DNA from: a virus
Virus record (IMG/VR): IMGVR_UViG_3300020433_000743
Location: 5,471 to 69,470 of that record
Direction: 5' to 3' (one strand)
Length of the DNA: 64,000 nt
The first letter of the stretch is position 1, and the number at the start of each line of letters is the position of its first letter. The notes under the pieces are model-generated. The model was not told the origin of the DNA, made no database searches, and saw nothing but the letters and a program-made list of their open reading frames with translations. Below, piece by piece: positions 57,502 through 64,000 of the stretch. Made by a program: the position numbers and the translations under genes.

Positions 57502-57652
57502 TTTTTCTAGACCTATTCTTAATAATAATCCTATCGTTTTCGTAGTCAGCCACAAACTCCAAGACATCCATGTGATCCCACATTAACTCTTCATAGAGTG
57601 CATTCAGTCTCTCCATATCTTCATAGAGATCATTTACATGTTCTTCGCTCAT
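57488..57652 (-). CDS. Small acidic conserved protein (54 aa)
   Basis: MSEEHVNDLYEDMERLNALYEELMWDHMDVLEFVADYENDRIIIKN...; ATGA overlap with the upstream gene. Confidence 0.65.
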   Translation of the reverse strand: MSEEHVNDLYEDMERLNALYEELMWDHMDVLEFVADYENDRIIIKNRSRKNEVE

Positions 57653-58773
57653 CGAATAATTTGAATGTTGTTGTCCTCAGTCCAGAGTTCGACTTCATCT
57701 CTGAAACGACCATCTTGTTTTAGTTTGTCGTATCTTTTGGTTGCTTTACGTTTCCACCAAGAAATTATATTCTCTAAATGGAACTTGTCCCAATTCTGAC
57801 CTTTCTTTAATTTATCTTCTTCTCCAAGTAACACTTCTCTAATGTTAGCATATCCATAATCAGAAATATAAAATCTTTTCTTTTGAGTAAGTCCAAAAGC
57901 CATATCTATAACATCGTTGAACTTAGATAACTTAGCATCTCGTCCATATTCTTTTAATGAATTCTTAATCCATGAAATCATTTTTGTTTGACGTTTCATT
58001 TTTTTAGAAGATGCCTTATTATCTGTAAGGGGTTGATTACCATTTAGTTTACTAAAATGATCATGAAGTTTATGGAAGGCATCTGCATGGAGCAGAGGAA
58101 GGAACTTACTCTCAGTTAGACCTTTATACCTTATATAAGGTTTAAGACCGTCATACTGCGATGCAGAGGTTGTAGAACCATATAAGGATGTAGTTTCAAA
58201 TAATCCAATATCTTTCTCAAAGACTTCGTTCAATGTCTCTCTAGCAAAATGAGATACACATAGAAGTGCTAATAGTTTACCACCAAGATAATTGTATCCA
58301 AAAGGTTGTGATGGAACTATAACGAATCCCATAACAGCATGACGATTGAATATAGAAAGATTAGGTTGATTGCCTAACCAAATATTTCTAGGTTTAGAAT
58401 TAATAGTAGGAGAACCAAAACGAATGAATCCCAATACTTGTTGGGATCTTTTCTCATAGACCATCCAACGAAGTTCTCTACCTGGTATATTACTTTCGTT
58501 ATTGTGTGATGAAACTGCTTTTAAAAGATTATTATAATGATCCTGTGGTAGTGATTGATTAAACCTACTACCAACAAACTTAATATCAAATTCCATCTCT
58601 TCTGGATGGATATCCTCATTAAAAAATTCATCCTTTAAAGAAGTCAAAGGATTTGTTTCCGTTACAATCTCTCTCTTTACATAACGAAGATAATCTTCTA
58701 TAGATGTAAAGTGTCCAAAATAGTCAATAAATTCATCGGCAGCCCATTCAGCGTCAGCCTCAGGAATTATCAT
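57649..58773 (-). CDS. DUF4338 / DruA-like domain protein (conserved in T4-like cyanophages)
   Basis: PGRELR, VPSQPFGYNYLGGKLLA and ETTSLYG...SQY motifs. Confidence 0.7.
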   Translation of the reverse strand: MIIPEADAEWAADEFIDYFGHFTSIEDYLRYVKREIVTETNPLTSLKDEFFNEDIHPEEMEFDIKFVGSRFNQSLPQDHYNNLLKAVSSHNNESNIPGRELRWMVYEKRSQQVLGFIRFGSPTINSKPRNIWLGNQPNLSIFNRHAVMGFVIVPSQPFGYNYLGGKLLALLCVSHFARETLNEVFEKDIGLFETTSLYGSTTSASQYDGLKPYIRYKGLTESKFLPLLHADAFHKLHDHFSKLNGNQPLTDNKASSKKMKRQTKMISWIKNSLKEYGRDAKLSKFNDVIDMAFGLTQKKRFYISDYGYANIREVLLGEEDKLKKGQNWDKFHLENIISWWKRKATKRYDKLKQDGRFRDEVELWTEDNNIQIIR

Positions 58774-59483
58774 AATTTAAAAATTTTAATAATACTTTTT
58801 ACAAGTGGTGTTTTCCTTGAAACACTACATAAGTATCTTACCATAGAAACTAAGTAATCGCCTTCCATTTCTTGAAACATGTACATATTCAAACGAAAAG
58901 CATAGTTTGCTTCAGTAATAATAGCATTAACATCAGATTGATCTACAGGTAATTTGTTAAGAGTTTCTCTGTACATCTGTTTATATTCTTTCTTATCTTT
59001 AATATCAGGAAACTCATAAAACTCTAGACCACCATCAGTTAGATTCATTGCGTTCTCAGCAATGTTTCTTAGAATTTGTCCTCCAGATAAATCACCAAGA
59101 TAACGAGTATAATGATGACCAACTAATAACTTAGGATCTTCATGTGCTACCTCTCTAATACGATTAATGTATTGCTTAGTTGCTGCTGTTGGATATATTT
59201 TATCTTTCCAGTTCTCACCAAAATAGAATTCACAATCTTTAACTAATGCATCATGTCTTTCTAAGGCACTAAGTTTTAATGGGCCTACAAAAGGATCATC
59301 CTCTAACCTTCGTACCTCAGTTTCTAATTCATGGTATATAAAATAAAAATTAGCAACTAATTGTCTATAGTTTTTTTGGTCTATAACACCTCTAAGAAAT
59401 GAAGCAACAAAACTTGTGTTCTCAGCCATAGAGTGAGACTTCTTTGTTCCTTCTTTTATTTGCTTTGAAAAATCTGAGATCAT
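58770..59483 (-). CDS. ho1: Heme oxygenase
   Basis: KEGTKKSHSMAEN, HHYTRYLGDLSGGQIL and EANYAFRLNM motifs. Confidence 0.95.
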   Translation of the reverse strand: MISDFSKQIKEGTKKSHSMAENTSFVASFLRGVIDQKNYRQLVANFYFIYHELETEVRRLEDDPFVGPLKLSALERHDALVKDCEFYFGENWKDKIYPTAATKQYINRIREVAHEDPKLLVGHHYTRYLGDLSGGQILRNIAENAMNLTDGGLEFYEFPDIKDKKEYKQMYRETLNKLPVDQSDVNAIITEANYAFRLNMYMFQEMEGDYLVSMVRYLCSVSRKTPLVKSIIKIFKL

Positions 59484-59749
59484 TTTACTACCATATCCTC
59501 TTTGTAAATAATACCTGGTGGTGGAACTAAGGGCTCATAACGACCTCTTGGTTCTGAACGAAATAAAAGAGTTTCTACTAATAAATTTATATCTGCAGAA
59601 ATAATATTTCCAGATTCAGCCATTTTGCGAAATCCATTACCAACATATATTTGTCCTGCGAATACAGATACAGTTGCTGCACCCCAAAAAAGATAATACC
59701 ACCTAGATTTCACTTGATGTCTTTGTCTACTTGGTTTTAGTTTAGTCAT
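59480..59749 (-). CDS. Membrane hypothetical protein
   Basis: QVKSRWYYLFWGAATVSV. Confidence 0.65.
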   Translation of the reverse strand: MTKLKPSRQRHQVKSRWYYLFWGAATVSVFAGQIYVGNGFRKMAESGNIISADINLLVETLLFRSEPRGRYEPLVPPPGIIYKEDMVVK

Positions 59750-60287
59750 AATCAGAAAAAGTTGCAACTAATACCATCCTTCTACCCCTCTTGGGAGGAT
59801 AGTTATAATGCTTTCCTTCAAATATTATAGCATCATTTTCCTTTCCTGTAAACTCCTCACCTTCACAAACAGTGCTACCACCCTCAGGGTTAGTAAGATA
59901 ACACAAAAAGTTTTTATGAGGGAAAGGATGATCCGTATGTGGTAAAGAATGACCTTCACCATCAATAGGCATAGTAACATTAACAGCTATTCTATAAATT
60001 CTATTAACTTTTATCTTATTGAATTCTAATATTCCTCTTACTACATCATGTGCATCTGTTGTTTTTTGTGCTATAGGTACTGAGTATAGAAATCTCTCAT
60101 TAGCTGGTAAAAGAAATACATGACCATAGAAACCAAAATTATAACAGTTATCATCCCAATCAGGAGGATTATAAGCACCCATCTCACAATGACGTTCAGA
60201 CCAATTCCAAGTGATCTCTTCACTCATACAATATTTTTTAAAGTCCAAATATTCTGCTGACTTAGGATTATAAAGTTTTTTAAGCAT
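59742..60287 (-). CDS. 2OG-Fe(II) oxygenase-like protein
   Basis: PHTDHPFPH, YLT, FEGKH and RRMVLVAT motifs. Confidence 0.7.
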   Translation of the reverse strand: MLKKLYNPKSAEYLDFKKYCMSEEITWNWSERHCEMGAYNPPDWDDNCYNFGFYGHVFLLPANERFLYSVPIAQKTTDAHDVVRGILEFNKIKVNRIYRIAVNVTMPIDGEGHSLPHTDHPFPHKNFLCYLTNPEGGSTVCEGEEFTGKENDAIIFEGKHYNYPPKRGRRMVLVATFSDYD

Positions 60288-60903
60288 AGGTACAGACAAA
60301 TACAACTCTACGTTTTTCTTTTGGGGTTGTGTGAAAATGAACACCATCAAATATTATACAATCATCTTCCTTAGGAGTATAATTTTCATACTGATAATCT
60401 CTTTCCATTCTAGAAGTATCTCCTCCTGCATCAGTAAAATATAATAAAAAATTATAATGAGGATACTCATGATCAGTATGTGGATACCCTGTTTTCACTT
60501 TTGGTTGTGGACTAACAGCATTTAGATGCATTCTAAAAATCATATTAAGTTTAATACGATTAACTTTAAGAATATCAGAAACTATCATACTTGCCTCCAT
60601 AGCAAGTTCTTGATCATATTTACTTGAAGAGAAAGTTGTTGGAAAATATAAAGGTCTATCAATCGCTGCTATAGGTGCTTCAGCTCTTCTCAATAAACAA
60701 CGATGATACATTGGAAACCCACCCCAGTTTCTCTCTTTCTTTTGTTCTGGAGTTAAACATTCTATAGTACTAATAACATCTTCATCCTTACCAAAGTTAA
60801 GAGTATCAGGAAGATATTCCCATTTAAACTCACCCCCAAGAATTTTTTTCTTAAAGTTATTATATAAAGGAGTACGTGGATTATATAGTTTTCTTATGTT
60901 CAT
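60280..60903 (-). CDS. 2OG-Fe(II) oxygenase-like protein (tandem paralog)
   Basis: PHTDHEYPH, FDGVH and RRVVFVCT; shares a KLYNP start with its neighbour. Confidence 0.7.
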   Translation of the reverse strand: MNIRKLYNPRTPLYNNFKKKILGGEFKWEYLPDTLNFGKDEDVISTIECLTPEQKKERNWGGFPMYHRCLLRRAEAPIAAIDRPLYFPTTFSSSKYDQELAMEASMIVSDILKVNRIKLNMIFRMHLNAVSPQPKVKTGYPHTDHEYPHYNFLLYFTDAGGDTSRMERDYQYENYTPKEDDCIIFDGVHFHTTPKEKRRVVFVCTYA

Positions 60904-60985
60904 TTTCCTTTTTCCAATATTCAATTAAGAGTTTTAACTCTTTGATTCTTTGTTCAGCTGAATCAATTTTATCTTGTGTATTCAT
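60881..60985 (-). CDS. Small hypothetical protein (34 aa)
   Basis: MNTQDKIDSAEQRIKELKLLIEYWKKENEHKKTI. Confidence 0.45.
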   Translation of the reverse strand: MNTQDKIDSAEQRIKELKLLIEYWKKENEHKKTI

Positions 60986-61572
60986 TTTGTAAAACTAAAC
61001 CAACCAGTTACAATATATTTGATCTCAGTTAGAGATGGTAAACCACGATGTGGATGAGTCCAATATGCTGGCCATATTAACATACTTCCTGCTTTTGGTT
61101 TAAATTTAATATCCTGTGTTGGAAATTCTGTCTCACCACCATCTGTAACATCATTAAGATAAAGCATCCATGCTAACAATCTCCTTTCAGCAAAACCATT
61201 AAACAGACCCATGTTTTCACTATGTAATAAAAAATATGCTTCGTTTGGTAAATATTTTTGTATATTAAATGAATGAGATATATCCCATCTAGCTAACTGA
61301 TGTAGAAAAGGATACTTGTTTTTATATTGTTCGATTGTTGATGCAAGAACTTCTGCTAGGTTCTCAAAAACATTAGGTTTGTTCAAAGCATCAGCAGATA
61401 TGTACATCTCTGTGCATCGTTTTACTTTATCATAATCAATAGTAAAACCTTTCTCAACATTTACTGCACCTTGACGATGTAACTTAGGATTGTCCTCATA
61501 AAAATCAATTATTTCTTGGCATTGTTCAAGAGTCATACAATTTTCATTCACGTGAATAAGATTATCAATCAT
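60982..61572 (-). CDS. 2OG-Fe(II) oxygenase (P4H-like)
   Basis: HSE, YLNDVTDGGETEF, WTHPHRG and KYIVTGW motifs. Confidence 0.85.
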   Translation of the reverse strand: MIDNLIHVNENCMTLEQCQEIIDFYEDNPKLHRQGAVNVEKGFTIDYDKVKRCTEMYISADALNKPNVFENLAEVLASTIEQYKNKYPFLHQLARWDISHSFNIQKYLPNEAYFLLHSENMGLFNGFAERRLLAWMLYLNDVTDGGETEFPTQDIKFKPKAGSMLIWPAYWTHPHRGLPSLTEIKYIVTGWFSFTK

Positions 61573-62510
61573 TTGAATTCACATTCTACCATGATCTCTG
61601 TTAAACATGCAAGCATATTTATTTCTTGATCTGCGACGAATGCCATTTGATATTGATACTTAGCAATAACAAGAACAGCAGCAGGTATAGTAGTCGGAAC
61701 CAAAGATTCGTAGAGACTATCATAAATCCTGCGGAATAGGACAGAAGTATCATTGTCCATATTACTGTTGACCCACTTACGAACCTCTGAGAAGTTCTTT
61801 GTCTTAAGATTTTTAATAAGGTCATTGACTGCGACATCTGAAAATGCTGCTAATATTCCACTATCTATCTTACCACTAACTGAATATCTTTGACATTCAT
61901 TTAGGACTCTTCTCCAATCTGGAAAATGTTTGTTTATTAATTCTGCTAGTACTTTCTTATCAGCTTCAATCCTTTCTTTGTCCAAGACATGGTTAAGTCT
62001 TTGGAAGAAAGCAGCTGCGATTTGCTGCTTTTCTTTCCCTCTGATACTAAAGTCAACCACCGCACATCTTGAGTGGAGGGGTTCGAGGATTTTGTTTTTG
62101 TAGTTACAGGTGAAGATAAATCTACAATTTCCTGCAAACTCTTCGATAAATGCTCTGAGCAGTAATTGTACGTCGTTCCCTGTGTTATCTGCTTCATCAA
62201 TGATGATGACCTTGTGCTTCGCCTCCGATGACAACGATACAGTAGATGCAAAGTTTTTTGCATTGTTTCGTACTGTGTCGAGGAATCGTCCTTCGTCTGA
62301 TCCATTGATGACATAAAAGTCTACTCCCAATTCGTTACATAGGGCCTTTGCTACCGTGGTCTTACCAATACCTGGTGGGCCAGCAAGTAACATATTAGGT
62401 ATTTCTCCTTTATTTAGAAACTCCTTAAATGTCTTTTTTATATTGTCTGGTAGAATACATTCGTCAATTGTAGTGGGTCTGTATTTTTCAACCCATATAA
62501 AGTCACTCAT
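61569..62510 (-). CDS. gp44: Clamp loader large subunit (T4 gp44)
   Basis: WVEKYRP, GPPGIGKT, IIDEAD and SRC motifs. Confidence 0.97.
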   Translation of the reverse strand: MSDFIWVEKYRPTTIDECILPDNIKKTFKEFLNKGEIPNMLLAGPPGIGKTTVAKALCNELGVDFYVINGSDEGRFLDTVRNNAKNFASTVSLSSEAKHKVIIIDEADNTGNDVQLLLRAFIEEFAGNCRFIFTCNYKNKILEPLHSRCAVVDFSIRGKEKQQIAAAFFQRLNHVLDKERIEADKKVLAELINKHFPDWRRVLNECQRYSVSGKIDSGILAAFSDVAVNDLIKNLKTKNFSEVRKWVNSNMDNDTSVLFRRIYDSLYESLVPTTIPAAVLVIAKYQYQMAFVADQEINMLACLTEIMVECEFK

Positions 62511-62531
62511 TTGTTTTTTAAGATTTTTTTA

Positions 62532-63014
62532 TTATTCGTCAGTTGAAGCACCTTCCCAACTATCGCCCATGTAGTAATCTTGCCATTGTGTATTATGTGC
62601 TGAACCTTTTTTACGTTCAAAGTCTGGAGGTGGTGGAACCATATTATCCTTATAATCAAATATACCCATATTTCTAAGTGCCTTTCTTTCCTCTCTAGGT
62701 GAAATCTCACCACTATATGGAATGCCCACAACTTCACATGCAAACAGTTCAATAAAGTATATCACAGCGAAAGACTTTACAAGAACAATATCACCTGCAG
62801 CAATCTTAATTATTTTTTCAATTAGAGGTTCTTTACCTGTGTAATTATCTTCAAAATAATCTAAGATTTCATCTTCATGTTCATTATATAATGGAACATT
62901 AATTGTGTCTTTTAGATGTTTTGTGCGACCACTTTCCTTATATCCTTTAAGGAAGATCTCTTTCCAGTCTTCCTTATTATAGATCTTTTTTAGTTTCTTG
63001 GCGAGGGTAGTCAT
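62532..63014 (-). CDS. Hypothetical protein inserted between gp45 and gp44
   Basis: 160-aa ORF abutting the gp45 stop. Confidence 0.6.
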   Translation of the reverse strand: MTTLAKKLKKIYNKEDWKEIFLKGYKESGRTKHLKDTINVPLYNEHEDEILDYFEDNYTGKEPLIEKIIKIAAGDIVLVKSFAVIYFIELFACEVVGIPYSGEISPREERKALRNMGIFDYKDNMVPPPPDFERKKGSAHNTQWQDYYMGDSWEGASTDE

Positions 63015-63680
63015 TTATCCAAATGTTGAATCAGGTTCTAACGCAATAAAGTAAGTTAAATCGTGTTGAGTGTTTTGGAACTTGGATAGTAATTTAGAAG
63101 AAACTGTTACATCATATGGGCCTGGAATAATTTTAATATTCTCTACCTTGAAGTTAAATGTGAATATCTTTTCAGTTTCACCAACTACAACTGCATATTC
63201 ATTAGAAGTATCATTCTTCTTATCACGCACCACAAGTTTAACAACACCTGCCTCACCAACAACACAAAAATCAGGGAGTTGATAAACGGCAGCCGCTTTT
63301 AGTAACTTTTCTAATGAACTAGTATCCAACTTAAATTGAACATCATCAGATGGAAGTTCAATTGCTTTATCAGGTGGAGAAATAATTACACTAGGATCTG
63401 CGTAGAAGTATTTAACTTTTCTCTTTCCTTCACGGATAGTTAAATAAGATTCTTCTTTAAAGTCCATCTCAGGATCTTGATGAAGACTCAATCCATTTAA
63501 GAATTGATTGAGATCATAAACTGCAAAATCACGTGGAAACTGTTCATCCACAATTGCTTCTGCAAGAATGTTTTTTGCAACAGAAATAGTACGAAGTTTA
63601 TCTCCTTGTTTTACAAGGATTGAATTATTAATTCCTGCGAAATTTTTAAGAATAGTTAGGGTGTTATCAGATAGTTTCAT
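63015..63680 (-). CDS. gp45: Sliding clamp (T4 gp45)
   Basis: LKNFAGINNSI, YDLNQFL and YFIALEPDS motifs. Confidence 0.96.
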   Translation of the reverse strand: MKLSDNTLTILKNFAGINNSILVKQGDKLRTISVAKNILAEAIVDEQFPRDFAVYDLNQFLNGLSLHQDPEMDFKEESYLTIREGKRKVKYFYADPSVIISPPDKAIELPSDDVQFKLDTSSLEKLLKAAAVYQLPDFCVVGEAGVVKLVVRDKKNDTSNEYAVVVGETEKIFTFNFKVENIKIIPGPYDVTVSSKLLSKFQNTQHDLTYFIALEPDSTFG

Positions 63681-63682
63681 AA

Positions 63683-64000
63683 TTAAGGCATTTGGTCAAA
63701 TTCGCCAGAGGGCATTGATGGTTCTCCATAGTGTCCATCAAAGTGTAGTAATAGCATAGCATAATGTATGACTTTTAACAAGTCTTTTTTATTTTTTCCG
63801 TCTTTACTTCCATACCTACTACCATACTTAAGTATGTTTGCCTGACAGAATCCTGATGCTATATCTCTAGCAGCCATTAAATCTATTGTTTGAACCTTAC
63901 GAAACTCATGTTTCGTTCCAGTGTAATGTCCATTATAAGTATTGGAAACATACTCTTCAATATCTTTTAGAATTTCTTCTTCATGATATTTGTATTGATG
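63683..64000 (-). CDS. DUF3310-like conserved phage protein, partial (start lies beyond the window)
   Basis: The frame is open to the window edge: ...TYNGHY...FCQANILKYGSRYGSKDG...DLLKVIHY. Confidence 0.75.
   Translation of the reverse strand, partial: HQYKYHEEEILKDIEEYVSNTYNGHYTGTKHEFRKVQTIDLMAARDIASGFCQANILKYGSRYGSKDGKNKKDLLKVIHYAMLLLHFDGHYGEPSMPSGEFDQMP

Noticed and set aside
62507-62752. 81-aa ORF overlapping 62532..63014 and coupled to the gp44 start, suggesting a frameshift
   Set aside because: The 160-aa frame ends cleanly about 20 nt before gp44, with no slippery site or homology evidence visible.
1-64000. CRISPR array, tandem repeat array, DGR template/variable repeat or genetic-code reassignment
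   Set aside because: No regularly spaced repeats or reverse transcriptase were seen. Core genes translate full length with the standard code and use all three stop codons.

Overview
This 64-kb, AT-rich window is part of a T4-like marine cyanomyovirus genome (Prochlorococcus/Synechococcus phage, P-SSM2-like organisation), with almost all genes on the minus strand. Left to right: (1) a ~16.5-kb nucleotide-sugar/glycosyltransferase island (GT11, GT4s, gmhA/hddA, gmd/fcl, rfbABC, DegT, radical SAM). (2) An accessory region of small membrane proteins and host-like genes (psbN-like, an ndhP missed by the ORF track, speD, an outer-membrane protein, talC with a manA-motif RNA, ndhI, nifU) plus one inverted four-gene operon of exported proteins. 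(3) denA, nrdB, nrdA and primase. (4) A cassette of probable capsid-internal proteins with T4-type capsid-targeting N-termini. (5) purM, pyrE, mazG, gp41, uvsX, gp43, hsp20, a full-length glycogen phosphorylase, regA, gp62, several 2OG-Fe(II) oxygenases, heme oxygenase, gp44 and gp45. The most notable observations are a phage glgP, the ndhI+ndhP+nifU set, a candidate protease-processed ejected polyprotein cassette, a ROSE-like RNA thermometer on hsp20, two unexplained structured leaders, and apparent avoidance of GGWCC (and probably CCGG/GCGC). All calls come from motif recognition by eye; no database searches were run. No tRNA, CRISPR array, intron or intein was recognised.
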